A stretch of 63,990 nt of DNA, counting the filler, from Choristocarpus tenellus KU-1152 (Eukaryota; Protista; Phaeophyceae): the NCBI GenBank assembly GCA_964200185.2. It is 8 parts of 8 records of this genome, joined end to end, with 100 filler letters (N's around TTAATTAATTAA, not from the genome) between each part and the next. Parts side by side here need not be neighbours in the genome. Positions count along the whole stretch, not along the records: positions 1 to 4,371 come from CAXNAD020014865.1; positions 4,472 to 27,578 come from CAXNAD020000263.1; 6 more parts are not named here. One strand, written 5' to 3'. The notes beneath the pieces are model-generated. The model searched no databases. It was not told the origin of the DNA and saw only the letters and a program-made list of their open reading frames with translations. Of the stretch, positions 1-13,300 are shown piece after piece (within the stretch, counting starts at the first letter, position 1; the number at the start of each line of letters is the position of its first letter). The position numbers and the translations under genes were made by a program.

Positions 1-54
1 AGGGTGAATTTCCAAAAGTGGAGACGAGGGGGGCCTCAGTCCACCCAGGTATAC

Positions 55-1443
55 CTGACGAAAGCGAAAGAGCTCAAAATCCCATCTGCTTGTTTGGTTT
101 GTCTTGATGGAGGATTCTGCGGCTGGATTCATCAACCAGAGTTGTTTCTGTTGGGCCTATTGCTATTATCTTTCTCTCTCTCTATATATATATGTATGTA
201 CCTATGATATAGTAGTATTACAAAATGTGTAAGAGTATGTACCACCCAGTATTAGTGCAAACCATACGCACTGATATGCGCATACACTACGTACATAATA
301 TTGTACTCTGTGTGTTATCTGAACTATTGGTTTTAGTGGTAGCATCTTAGAGATCTAGCAGCAGTATGGTGACAGTGTCAGTTGGTTTCAAATCTGACCT
401 GACCATAGTTGTCATAGTAAGTATAGAATTGAATAGATATATGAAGAATAACGTAGATGAGGTAGTATCTGAGGGCTACCTCAATCTTCCAGAAACGAAC
501 ATTTCAAAATCAAACTATCTTTGGATGGGAATGTGTAACATTTTGTCCCCTCCTCTCCTCTCCTCTTTCATACTTTTAACGCATATTCGCACCCCAATAA
601 AAGCCATCGTTTTCATGCTTGTACAGTAGTGAAGATCTGGGTTATTGCACAGTGATGTGAGGGATACTCAAGAGGCAAAGTTAAGCCCAGTACTGTTTTC
701 GGTTCACTGCAGGTTCCACTGAGCCGGAAGTTTGGACCCCAAGCTTGTACTGCTTTGTGCAGGATACACTTTCACATCCTGTTCCAGTGATTACCTTGTC
801 TCAATCTGCTCCACTAAGGCAGTAGAGCTCTCCTGTCTGTAGGCCGGTGAGTGCATTTGACGAAACCTGTTGAATGATTGAGTTTTTGCGTGAGTAAGTT
901 CACCAAGAAATGGTAAGGCTATCTGTGAGTGGAGGAGACTGTCCCTTGCGCGACGTAGGTTGGTAGTTATTCCTACTTGTGAACAGGGTATGCTTCTTGA
1001 GGGCAGAAGGTGTTACCTTGTTGAGTGGAGGGTGACTGAAGCATGGACAGTGATTCGTCTTTATCCAGGCAGCCTACAAGACTTGCAGTGACTGAGGACT
1101 GTGCAATTGTGGCAAGTAGTGTGGAAGACGGAGGATCCTGCCGGCACCTGCGTCTTGCCTGTTCATACCATCCCTTACTACATGGCCACACCACACACTG
1201 CACGCGGTCAATACTCTCCCCGGGATCTACTTCGCGCCAATCACTCCTCAACACTCGCAGTAGACTCTTAAATACTGAATGCGTGTGCAATACCACCCAT
1301 GACATTCCTATCATGCATATTGGGTCTAAGGCTCCGCGGCAACGTACAAATGCTCCAATAGTATTTCGAACGTTGTAAACACTACATGCATCTGTATCGT
1401 TCTCGGTTGTTTCGCTTCCCTCTGGGTGGTGTTGCTCAAGCAT
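55..1443 (-). CDS. Putative exons of an uncharacterised gene (about 1017-1443, 795-867, 55-147); model unresolved
   Basis: Open segments bounded by AG and GT; ctgac branch-like motif before the acceptor at 1444. No recognisable domain, and the phases of the first two exons do not join. Confidence 0.3.
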
Positions 1444-1719
1444 CTATTGCAGTCAGTACCTCAGAGCTCCACAGCGTTGTTCATAGTCCAGTTGTAAGCG
1501 TGAGAACAACATCTGCAACTCACACATGTACACCACATAAGTGTTTGTACACCTAGACATACTCACACACCTACAACCAAATATCATTGTGAAGTGCGAT
1601 TAATGCAAGACCACACCTCCGCCAATCAAGGGGGTCTAAGGAACAAGTCACATACCAGAATGTCAAGACAGAAATAACACCACAGAGTGCACGGTAAATT
1701 GAGATGATAAGTGGGTAAG

Positions 1720-1906
1720 GGCCTAAAGTATCTATGGGGGGCGGGGGGGCGGGGGACTCCACAAGGGTGTCCATTCGGGCCACGACTAGGAGAAGTGCAC
1801 TTGCACTATCCATCTGACGCATGCAAACAAATCACCCAAGAATTGCGAAATCGAAAAGTGGGACCCAAATGGACAGCCACCAGACCCCCTCCAGATATTT
1901 TGAACC
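1720..1906. mobile_element. MITE family A copy with AAG target-site duplication
   Basis: TIRs ggcctaaagtatct / agatattttgaacc; AAG at 1717-1719 and 1907-1909; interior aligns with 6087-6269 and 56040-56186. Confidence 0.85.
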
Positions 1907-2196
1907 AAGGAAAGGAGAAGAATATGGTAACAAAATCTAAACGAGTGATGACGAATGCCATGTGTTACGTTAACTCATGAGATCGAGGGTCTGGTTCTGC
2001 TCATCTCTACCCGTCTTGACCACCCAGGGGGTGATACTGAGATGCCGTGGATGACACTTGAACGGAAACAGGATAGAGTTTGACCTGACAACATCCAGAG
2101 GGCATTTGGAGATCACAGCACGGGTGGCTTAGACGGGCAGGGTTCCCCCCCAGACTCAGGCACTCTACGGTCCCTGAAAGTTCTCACTCATGGCAT

Positions 2197-4285
2197 TCAT
2201 CTCCGTTTGCGGTAGAACAACATATACGGCGTATCGTCCATGGGAGGACCATCACCCGCTTTGAGCGGTCTCACTGTGCTGTCGTCTGCATTGTACCAAT
2301 GCTTCGACAGGCCCCCTTCACTCCAGCTGCGGATGAGGGCAGTGTAGTGTCCCGACAGAGAGGTCTCCCCATGGTGCATGGTGACGGCAAAGAGATCAAA
2401 GATTTCTGCGACCTCTCTTCCGTGCATGGAGGAGTCGCCACCTGACGTGTTGCCGGTTGCGTAGCACATCATCAAAAGATAAGAGTTTCATAAGAACAGC
2501 AATGACGAGTACACAAGAATCACATGGGGTGGGTGGGAAGCAGCATCAGTGCAGTGCTGCCAATGGATGTAAACGGAGCAAATGTCAGGCCAGTGCAATG
2601 TGCCATTTCTATCCCTCAACGATAGTATTACAGAGCTTGGTGGTGACACATACACAACACATACATTCCTCTGGTTAGGGCCCATATCACTTCTGTAGCA
2701 CACCATGATGAGAGCCCAAGAGGATTGATTGGAGACTGTCCGAGGGTGTGATTCCAGGGACAATATTCCTCCAACATTGTGCCACAGACCTCGGGCAACG
2801 GGCAATATAGCCCAAGCCCCTCCCTCACTGCCCCTTGTAGTGCATTTGTTTCCTCGCAGGAGTATGTGTCACTTAACAATTGGTCAAGGATTTCCATCCT
2901 TAGGTAGTGTCCTAACACTCTACTCAAATTCTGTCTTGCCTCGGGAGACCTTTACACGTCCTGGTTGACACCTCATGATCTTGTGCTTCCTCCTTTTTGT
3001 TCTTCACTAGATGGATAGTGAATGGTGAACAGCAGCAGTTGGTGGCTACGGGTGCCTTATACAAGAACTGTAAATTAATACACCAGTATTGATATCTTAG
3101 AAGAGTTGCACGAGCCCAAGATCTTAGTACAATATCACTGTCAGTATCAACCCTGTTGTCTCAATGCTGCATGGAGGTCTGTGAGTCAGTGAGAGTATGA
3201 AATGATTGGTCAAGAATTGGCATGTGTGGTCCAAGCCTCTCAGCATGGGCCAAAGGCTGTGCTCTACCGCACAGAAAAGGGGAAACTCATGAACCACTGC
3301 CAGTATCTCCCTGGACTTGGAGTTGTCTTAGCACCCTTCTCTGAGCGTAGATCAGTGAATTCTGTAGTGCTGCGTGTAGTAGATTCCTAGGGCTGTAGAG
3401 CAATTACCATTGGACAAATTGCTGAACCGTGACATCTATGATGGCAGGAGTAAAAGCGTACCTCTTTGTGGACTGTGTGCGTGAGATTACTGAGGGGTGC
3501 TCACCAGTGAAGTACGGTGACATGTTCAGGCCATCCAAAGGGAAGGTGACACTTTCCTTCCACTTTTGAGCTGGTCCACCGTTACGCCATTGACTGGAAA
3601 ATAAACACGGAATATGATAGTAAGGGCATGGGAGTCTGGGAGGGGAACTTGCCCTGGTGGTAACCATGCGTGATGCTAGAGTGTACATAGGGAAGAGCAA
3701 CACAGTCGGAGCTCCAGAGGTCTATGCCTGCTCCTTACTCAGGCGTATTCCCAATCCTGCTACAGAGCTGGGGGGCAGCAGCCTTGAGGAAGCGAGAATG
3801 AGATGCATGTCAAGGTGAGTTCTCAGGCTCACTGAGTGAAAGTATCTTAGAGGGTACGAGTTTCATCCTGTTTATCCGTTTGGGGCTTGGCTTCCAACAG
3901 ATATTGTTTGGGACATTTTACCTACTCCAAATCATTTCGTAGTAGGTAAAATTTGTACATTATGAAGAGGTGTGTCCGAACAAGGATATTGACACTTCCT
4001 AGCAATCACGATAGCCAAAATTTCATCAAATCGCAACATTGGATTTTGGACCCCAAATGGCGCAGCTCTACCCTCTAAGATTCTTTGACTCACTCATTTC
4101 ATAGACTCCACACTACATGAACTCATTGTTCCGAAATCGCCCCTTCCATAATCTCTGCATGCTGAGATCCACCACTAGTAACCTTTACAACCTTCCTGGT
4201 TGTGCAGGACTTACCACTTCACGAACCTCTCGATGCACAGGATTAGCACCTTTGGCGGTTTGCTCAGGTAATCCCTTGCTGCCGC
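2197..4285 (-). CDS. Ubiquitin-specific protease (peptidase C19), 3' part; exons 4285-4215, 3593-3462, 2833-2790 (tentative), 2441-2197
   Basis: LSKPPKVLILCIERF; VTFPLDGLNMSPY; His box DLFAVTMHHG..SGHYTA..WYNADDS..PYMLFYRKR. Phases consistent; 5' end lost at the contig edge. Confidence 0.88.
3834..4091. mobile_element. MITE family B copy in a USP intron, with ACT target-site duplication
   Basis: TIRs gagtgaaagtatcttagagggta / taccctctaagattctttgactc; ACT on both flanks; homologous to 37513-37768 (inverted) and 55308-55566. Confidence 0.88.
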
Positions 4286-4371
4286 CTGACAACGAAGGTG
4301 TGCAGATGCATGGGTGTTTTGGGAGGGGAGTGAGTGTGGGGATGATGCAAGGAGGAAGAGGGGTGGGAGAT

Positions 4372-4471
4372 NNNNNNNNNNNNNNNNNNNNNNNNNNNNN
4401 NNNNNNNNNNNNNNNTTAATTAATTAANNNNNNNNNNNNNNNNNNNNNNNNNNNNNNNNNNNNNNNNNNNN
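4372..4471. other. Artificial contig linker N44-TTAATTAATTAA-N44
   Basis: 100-nt spacer with stops in all six frames. Confidence 0.98.
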
Positions 4472-4483
4472 TGTACTGCTTTA

Positions 4484-5254
4484 TGGTAGCATGACTCAGG
4501 AAGGACACTTTTCGCGAGAATTTTTACGCGCGCGCCAAACTCGCGTGAATATCTCTGGGATTTTGTGCCAAATCACCCGAATACGAGAATTCCGATACAA
4601 AATCCTATTTTGGGGCATGTCGAAAAAAGCGGTACAAAATTGCATATTTTTCGATTTGGTTCATAATATTTGGCCCAAAATAGGGGCACCTACTGTACCT
4701 GATCCCCTTTATTCTGCGTTTTGTTCTTTTTTCTTTTTCTTTGTTCATTTTTTTCTTCTTTTTCTTTTTTTTCTCTTTTTTGTCAGACCAGGTACCTGAT
4801 CCCCTCAATACCTTATTTTGCTCTATCTTTCTTCAGTCCTCTCTTTTGTCCCTTGTCTCATTTATTTTATTATTATTATTTTTGCTGATGTTGATGTTAT
4901 TGCCTGTTTTACGCACTAGCAGCCGTCAGTATGCTTCGTGCTTGGGGGGCATGATACAGGCAATAATCAGATGATTCTTAGCACCTTAGGGAAGTTGTAC
5001 TTAGGAAGAGTAAATGTTTACTCAGATTGGGGTAGATGCTAGTTCATGCTGGGGGGCATGTTGCAGGCGAATAGCGCGAGCATTTCTTCTTGTGTTCTAA
5101 CAATCGCGGGCATTTATTACACGCGAATAGCACAAGCATTTCTTCTCGTGTTTTAGCAAACACGAACATTTGTGACAGACGAATTGTGTGAGCATTGTTT
5201 CTCGCGTTCTAACAAGTGCGAACAATATACGAGATTAGTAACATATAGGTAGCC
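4484..5254. repeat. Repeat/transposon-end-like region (family C core plus subterminal repeats)
   Basis: 27-bp core gcatgtcgaaaaaagcggtacaaaatt (4615-4641) is identical to 54496-54522; internal direct repeats; ends ggtagcc|TTA. Confidence 0.5.
5067..5225. repeat. Diverged 56-bp tandem repeat, about 2.8 copies
   Basis: Units start at 5067, 5123 and 5179 (gcgaatagc..agcatttcttct.gtgtt.ta.caa). Confidence 0.8.
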
Positions 5255-5614
5255 TTACAGAATAAATGCTGATTTCGTAGAAGANNNNNNNNNNCCTAAG
5301 AAGTTGCAGAATAAAGGTTTATGATTGGAGTACGTATAGAGCAGTTGCATAGAAGACCAAAGAAATTGGGTGGATGATGAAAATAATAAGAGCTCTTTTG
5401 GTCAAAATCATTACCCCCCTTAAAACAGTCTTTTTATCTTTGAACGAAACATTAAGTTGAGCTTGAGCTAAGCACTGAGTGGAGTATCGAGAGAAAAGGC
5501 TGCCTGACACCGAACAAACTGTTACCAAGGGCAATGTCCCCATAGCGTCGTTTCAAGGTCGTTGGATTTGAGTTACACATCCTGTGAAGGTGAGTTCTGG
5601 GGCGCGATATAACA

Positions 5615-5773
5615 AAATAGTCTTGTTCAATTGTGGTGTCACCTTGCATGTGGAAAGGGCGAATATCAATTTTGTGATCACAATGGTGTGTATAAAGCAA
5701 TGAAATAGAGTATATTAGGTGGGGTAAGAAATATGGCTTAGATTGCAAGAGGATCCAAACCTGCCTACCTCTC
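5615..5773. mobile_element. MITE family D, partial copy
   Basis: Aligns to the right part of 25284-25504; ends aaacctgcctacctctc. Confidence 0.7.
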
Positions 5774-6086
5774 CATTGGTTTGGCTCCAGTCTGACAAAT
5801 CTGCGGATGGTCCAACTAGCATGGGTATGGCGTCTGGTCCACAGCAGAATCAATGTGTGCTTATGTGGTGCTGGACATGTAGGATCGAGGAAGTGACCAA
5901 ACAGCAAGATGTCTCCTGCCCTGAAATTCACCAGATGTTGGCTGCAAAGGAAGGAGAATAAAATTTGTGACTGACCTTAAATCTAAACTTTGATACCTAT
6001 GGATGTATGCGTTCCAGGAAAAGACGCTGTTAAGAGGCTGAGGCACTCACATACTTGCGAAGTCACCCGCTAGCAGGGTTACGGTA

Positions 6087-6269
6087 TACTCAAAGTATCT
6101 TGACGGGGGGGGAGGGATTGTTCACCAGGGTGTCCATTTGGGCCCTTACCAGGAGAAGTGCACTTAAATCATATATCCGACACATGCAACCAAATCACTC
6201 AAAAATCGCGACATGAAAAAATGGGCCCCAAATGGACAGCCGCCACCCACCCCCCAGATACTTTGAGCC
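6087..6269. mobile_element. MITE family A copy
   Basis: ctcaaagtatct / agatactttgag TIRs; inner inverted pair tgtccatttggg / cccaaatggaca. Confidence 0.88.
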
Positions 6270-7551
6270 AGTAGTAGTGCAATGCTTGGCTGCGGTAACA
6301 GCACTGGGTGAAGATGGAAAACATAAAATAGCCTTTCAGTAGTTTGTGAACAGTGTTCAAGTACACGCTGAATTGATCCTCTAACATCTTGATGCTCTCC
6401 TTCACTTCCATCTAAAGTCGAAGGAGAGCTTTGTCAAAGGTTATCACATGCATCAGAGATGTGGCATAAGCAGGTAATAATGAGCCCATGTGGATCTTAC
6501 GACCCACTCCCACATTTCTACATTCTGATATTCGCCCACCAAGCAGGAATATTACCACTGGTCTGCATATTTGAAGTATTGGATTATGCTGATAACCGAC
6601 ATTTCCAGATACGCCTAAATACATCCAACTCACATTTCAACATTTTGCACTACCCACACAGCGTGGAGCAAACACATTTAGCCTGACCAAGTCGTAGTCA
6701 CAGTGTATCCCCATTTCCGTATGTTCAAAATATATCTAGGCCATATAGTATTGCAATATATGCTTGTCTGTTGTATGGAGCTGGCTGATTGGAAGCCTTG
6801 TAAGTGCTAGTAGTAGGTAGTGTATGGCAGGCGAAGCGAGTTTATAGAGTGGGAAGCATACACGGTTGATACAAAGCAACGAGATCTGGTACCCTTGTGG
6901 CATGAACGCATGTGACATGAACGCATGAGGTACGAGAAGGCAAGCAGATGCACTATACGCAGAAAGAAGGTGCAGGTGACGAGCTCTAGAGTGGTTTCAA
7001 GCCAACCCAGCACATGAGGCGCCACTACTTTCTTCGTACAGTTCATGGTCATTGGAACAAGGTTGCAAGTAAGGACGATAGTCAATACTGGCAATACATG
7101 TTAGATTGGCTCACAGCAGACGGATAGTAACAGTAGCAATAATAGTAGTATTACATCTTTTTATACCCACTGACATTTTGCAGAGAGAGGTTGTCATGTT
7201 GTAGGAGAAAAATATGCAGTAAACAAAAGTAATAACCACAACACCAATGGGGTCTGTAGAAGGATAAACATCATACTAACCCTAACCCTAACTCACAGTT
7301 CACATCCATACAGCAAGTACACACACCATACAAAGAATTCAACAAACACAACAACAATAGAGGTCGATCAGATACATCAACAAGAGTTGTAGTGTATTTG
7401 AAAAACAAGAAACCAGGAAAGCTGCTGAAACAACTCTACTGTAGTAGTTGAAAATTATCCTTCACTGACACTATGAAGGTGCTCGAGAACAAACAAATAA
7501 TTACACAAGTCAGTCAAGCCCCTCCTAGCACACCGACCCAGTACCTGCGGT

Positions 7552-7604
7552 TTAATACGCATGACACATCTAGAGATTGCTATTTGAGAAGTTTCTGACA
7601 TAAT
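7552..7604. repeat. Dispersed repeat E, copy 1
   Basis: Gapless 40/53 match to 40379-40431. Confidence 0.55.
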
Positions 7605-10320
7605 ACGTACTAGTAATGGTATATCACAATATTACTAAGTATGTGGTAACAATAATTATTACGATGATAGTAATTTAATTGCTAAACTATAAACTGTTCT
7701 ATCTTCTCTCTAGTCTATAAAGTTTGTTTCTTCACCCACCTGTCGATGGTCAGAGCCACTACACACTGGAGTACTTCTCATTCTAATTACTGTTCGTTGT
7801 TGTAACCGTTTCAGTGCAACCAATTGTACTACCCTGGTTTATGTCTTGCTTCTAACGCGTTTGGTCTCAGCCATCCCACAGCTCATCACTATCCCTCCTC
7901 CCTCGAATCTTGTACTAGACTGCCTCCACGTTGCTTGGAACCTCATACCTCATTCTTGGTCCAGAAAGCTGTGATATAGGAATAGATAGGATAGTAGTGC
8001 AGATAAACATACCGTTTACGACGTTGTGCCACATGGATTGTGGATAATCGAAACCAGACTTCCATGAAAAGACTTTTGGAGTTGTTTGAACCCACTTAAC
8101 CCTGGAGGGAACGCCCCTCTCCATCACACTTAATTCATGAAGGCACTTGGACAGAAATGTATCATTCAGTTTGACATGGATGATAAATACATCTTGTTTG
8201 TGATTGGGCGGTGAGCTTAAATTTTGCAGGTTTACAAATATCAGCCCATAAAGTGGAAAATTGTGCAAGGTGATTTCGAGAACAATAGATTTGTTCAAGA
8301 CATCGTTTGTGTCGATAAATAAAAAAACGAGCAAGAACCGATATAAACTTCATACTACTGTGCTCTCTACTTAAGTGTCATTTGTGGGCAGCAAAATAGA
8401 AACAAGAGGACAAAACTTGGACACTGCACTCTGCTTTTTGTACCCCTCTCACGAGACACAAATTGCATACTGTGGCAGTGCCTATTTTTCAACACACAAT
8501 ATTTGGAAAAATAAGCATGGATTCTTTAGTGCTTTGGAAAATGTTAAAGCAAGTCCGCACTTCCAGGAACCTACTAGAAGTAATATTAGTCACCGTTGAA
8601 GCAGGTACGTAGTACATGAAGGCACAATCTTTTCTTGAAGTTGTTTTTCCTTTGGCTATGTATAGAAAAAAATGTATCACCTTTTAGCGACAATTTGCAG
8701 AAGTCACCAAAGGAGAGGCAAAAAAGACTTGACACAGCAAAAACACAATGCACCATGCATCATCCCATCATATATAGCAGAGAGCATAGCCACATATCAC
8801 TAAATCCAAGGAATGCAGATACCAAAAGACCAGGGCAGAAATACCATCACATGAAAAACTCACACAGTAGCACAAGCACAAGCACAATCAACAAAAATAC
8901 ACCGTCTGGGATACAGGTCACTCTCTTGATGGGGCTGTCTAAATAGATCCCATCCTCGATCGCCCCCGTCACTTGTGACTCGTCACATTTGCCCTGTTTC
9001 TAATGCGCAATTACAGACCGTGTATATGAAGTAGTATTTATCATCCTTTAAAAAGGTTAGACGTAACAGGTGTCAAGCAGAGGGGTGAGGGGAAGGGGCG
9101 CAAGGGCAATATCCATCACCAAACAAAGGCAACATGTATTTGTTCCATTCAAGCATCCTTTACTATGTGTAACCAGCAAAGAAAATAAATCTTGAATACC
9201 ATAAAAAAAAACACAAGAATAAAACAAAAATCCGTTCTTCCACTGACTACATCCTCAGAACAGGTAGTACACATGCATACCATAATGATACTTCACCCCC
9301 AATCTGAGCAAAGAGCTTGGGTCCTCCACAACTTAAAACCTGTCTCAAACACAAAATACAACCAAGCACCAGTGAATGCCCTTCGCACCATAATCAATTC
9401 ATCCACGGACGTGGAAAGAGAGTTGTTACAACAGTTTCCACACCCTTCAGGAGGCAGAATGATGCATACAAAATCTTCAACATCTACTATCGAACCTCAG
9501 ATGCTGGGCATGATCTATGTAGCAAGCACCTGATCAATAAAATACCCTACGCTACTGTAAAAGGTACTTGGAATGAACCCTCAGTTTGAGATAGGCACAC
9601 AGGTACCATCCTTCTGACAAAACCCTCACAACATTAAAAGGATAAAACATCAAAGAAACAACACTACACTCTCTCCTTTTCACAATCTTCCAACATGAGT
9701 CCTACATAATACTGTAGTGCCTCATAATCGTTTTTGACCTGTGGTGCCTGTGTACCTTACCACACCCCTTTACTTGGAAGCAACAATCCGTATCATAGAT
9801 AAAAAATAAAAGCCACCAACACCACTTCAAAAACTCGCCATACACTGGGCCATCCAATCAATAGCAAAACTTCTCCTCCGTGAGTAGAAGAGGTTCTCTT
9901 CAACAACTCCAGAGTCGACCCCCCACAATATCTCTTGATGTATGCCGCCATGAAGCGGGCACAATTGATTCATCCACCCCATCGGACACAAGACACCAGT
10001 CAGTTTGTAACTGTCCACAAAAAAAAGCAGTGGGTAATCAAGTGCAGACAGGGAGACCAGCAAACACTGGAGCTCCATCAGGATCTGCACCTAGAAATAT
10101 TGTGCAGGATCTGTCCACAACAGCACAATACCAAACAGAAAAAGATGTTTAAAAAGTATCGGATCTCCCCATTCAACACCACTCCACACAACATGCACAT
10201 AAATGTAGAGTAGTACCGTTCCTTTGCATCAGAAGCGAACTCAGAACTCAGATTTCAAAATCACAAGTCTCGGCGACAACTTGCTGTTGAGCACTACGCA
10301 GGTGTCACACTTACTCCCTG

Positions 10321-13300
10321 TCACCTCTTCTTCAACATGGCCATACCAATCAAGGCCACCACCCCTGCCGTCCCTGCACCAAAATACGCCCAACGGTTGC
10401 TGCTCTTAACCTTCTCACCCCTTAACCCTTTCTTCTCAACCTCCTCGGACACAACTTCTTCAAACACCACCCCTCCCCCTCCCTTAGTGGTAGCAGGTGC
10501 ATCATCCACTTCCTTTGCCTCATCAACAGTATTGCTAGCCTCTCCTCTAACCAATGTGTGGACTCCATTGGTACCTGAGGACAGCCCACCTTCACCTCCC
10601 TCCTCTGCCAATGGTTTCATCATCTCTTCAACTGGTAAACCATCCACTCCCTCAGCTAGCACCTCTCTGACTTCCTCGCCTGATACATTCACAGTTTCAG
10701 CAGGCTCTTCCGTGGTCACAGCTGGTATTTCCAAAGTTCCAGCAGGTTCTTCCGCAGTCACAGCTGGTTCTTCCACAGTTCCAGCATGTTCTCCCATGGT
10801 CACAGCTGGTAATTCCACAGTTCCTGCAGGTTCTTCCACTGTCACAGTTGGTGCTTCCACAGCTCCAGCAGGTTCTTCCATGGTCACAGCTGGTACTTCC
10901 ACAGTTCCAGCAGGTTCTACCATGGTCACAGCTGGTACTTCCACAGTTCCAGCAGGTTCTTCCATGGTCACTGCTGGTACTTCCACAGTTCCAGCAGGTT
11001 CTTTCACGGTCACAGCTGGTGCTTCCACAGTCACAGTTTCAGTAGGTTTTCCCCCCATTTCAGTTTCTGCAATCTGAGACTCCTCCAGTGAATTGCCCAT
11101 TGCCACCTTGGCAGCAGTGTGACTGCTATCCACAAGCTCATGGACAGCATCACCCACCCCTTCCGGATGAGTTGGCCCAATATCTGCAACATCCCTAACC
11201 ATCTCCCCACTTTCAGGCAAATGTCCTGCAAAGAGAAGGGGGTCAGGAAAAGCAATATTACCGGATGCTTCAAAATTTTCACTCACATCGCATGAGTCTA
11301 TTCCTCTCTTCCACTAGCATGCATAACCAAAACACAATCAAGGCGGCATGAGAAATCCTCTCCTGTTGCCCTGCCTGTTATCAGGAGGGAGGTGCAGCAT
11401 AATCAACCCTCAACAGAACAGGATTTTCCACCACTCCACAAAGTAGATCTCTCCATACATACACACACTACAGCACAATTGTAAATGGATATGCTTACCA
11501 CCTTCATTAACAGCAGGAGTCACCGATGAGTCAGTTACAACTTCTTCACACACCAGGGTCTCACTGTCCTCAGAAGGCACCACAGGTTCCTGGGCAGAGA
11601 GATCAGCCATGACAAGGGACCACATCGAAAGGAAGGCCGGGAAATAGTTATAGGCTTAGACACATGAAATGCCAAACGATTCCTACAAACTTAACTTGCC
11701 CCTTCTTTGAAGTGATACAAAATACTCCAAATTTTCTCCAAACTAACATTCAATGATTAGAAACTCAGAGTTAAATGCTGTCAGCTCTGTGGTAGAACAG
11801 ACTATGTTCTGTAGCATCACGACTTGAATTCAGTTCATGGTACACCATTGCACTGCAACAAGCAATCAATCAAGATCATGTAATAGCACAAGGGCCCAGT
11901 GACAGGCCACAGCGCCTGCCAGTATCAAGGGTTTCCACTACTGATAGGACAGTGAAAAAACCCTCACTTCTTTTTCAGAAACACAAAAAAAAATGAAGAG
12001 ACGATGGGAGGGGTTTAAAAATTAAACAGTGAGGGCAAGAATACCAACAAAGATCTCCCCTAGTCCAATAACACATAGGTGTTCCACACCACTGGAAATA
12101 TGCCCTGAAGCATACACTATTCATCCTACTCCACTGCACACACGCAGTACCCGACACTAAGGGAAGTTTCTCCAAAGTTCGGCAATGGTTTTACTTTGAC
12201 CCCAGTTCCCCTTCCCATACGGCGAGGGATAACAGCCAGATTTGAAACTGATTACCACACACAAATTGCACAACAGTTGCATGGTTCACGCACAAACTCA
12301 CCAGAGTAGTAGAACCTTCTTGCGCATCCAGCTGAGAGTCCTCTACACCTGACTTCCTGCAAACCTTTCCAGATTGTACGACATGCTTCACATGGGGTGC
12401 ATTCGCAGCATCTTCTAGGGCAGCCAGTTTAGCTCTCTTCTCCGCCCTCTCCACTTCCTTGATTCGCTCTGCCACTGACAAACGGCGTGGTGGCTCCGCC
12501 ACTGGGGAATCAGGGGGGGTTGCGGTAATATTGGTCTCAATATTTGTTTCAACGGAATGGGCAGCCTTCGCTGGTGATTCCGTGCTAGAGACAGCTTCAC
12601 GTCCTGCATGTGGTGCGTCCTCCGGGGCAGATTCCTTCACAGCCACCTCTACTTTTTGTGACTCCAGCGCCTGATTAGCACCTGCAGCCTCAATTTCAGG
12701 TTCAACCTTCACCTCTGCTGATAACTCCTCCTGCACCTCACCCTCCTCAGGAATAACGACCTCGTTGCCCTCAGAACTAGTGACTGCTACCTGTGGCTCC
12801 ACCACCTGGCTAGCACTTGGATCCTCAATTTTAGCTTCAACCTTCACCTCTGCTGATGATGTTTGTTCCACCTCAGATCCAGCATCCCCAATCACCTCTA
12901 CTGGTGACGTCTGCTCCACCTCACCCTCAGAACTAGTGACTGCTACCTGTGACTCCACCACCTGACTAGCAATTTCAACCTCAATTTTAGCTTCAACCTC
13001 CACCTCTGCTGATGATGCCTGTTCTACCTCAGGTTCAATGTCTCCAATCACCTCTGCAGGTGATGCCTGCCCCACCTCACCCTCAAAATTAATGACTGCT
13101 ACCTGTGGCTCAATCACCTGACTAGCACTTGCATCCTCAATTTTAGCTTCAACCTCCACCTCTGCTGATGATGCTTGTTCCACCTCAGGTCCAGCATCCC
13201 CAACCACATCTACCGGTGACACCTGCTCCACCTCACCCTCAGGAACATCAGCGTCCTTACCCTTGGGAGTATTTATTACTACCTCTGGCTCCACCACTAC

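Noticed and set aside
2040-2100. ATGA..AAA..TGA as a possible SECIS element
   Set aside because: The stem next to the core pairs poorly, and no plus-strand selenoprotein gene is evident upstream.
5067-5225. Spaced repeats as a possible CRISPR array (also 10690-11040 and 53352-53567)
   Set aside because: Whole units repeat with no unique spacers, there are no cas genes, and the context is eukaryotic.
10337-11077. 246-aa Ser/Thr-rich mucin-like plus-strand ORF
   Set aside because: Antisense shadow of the repetitive Glu/Val-rich exon; the minus strand has the coherent spliced model.
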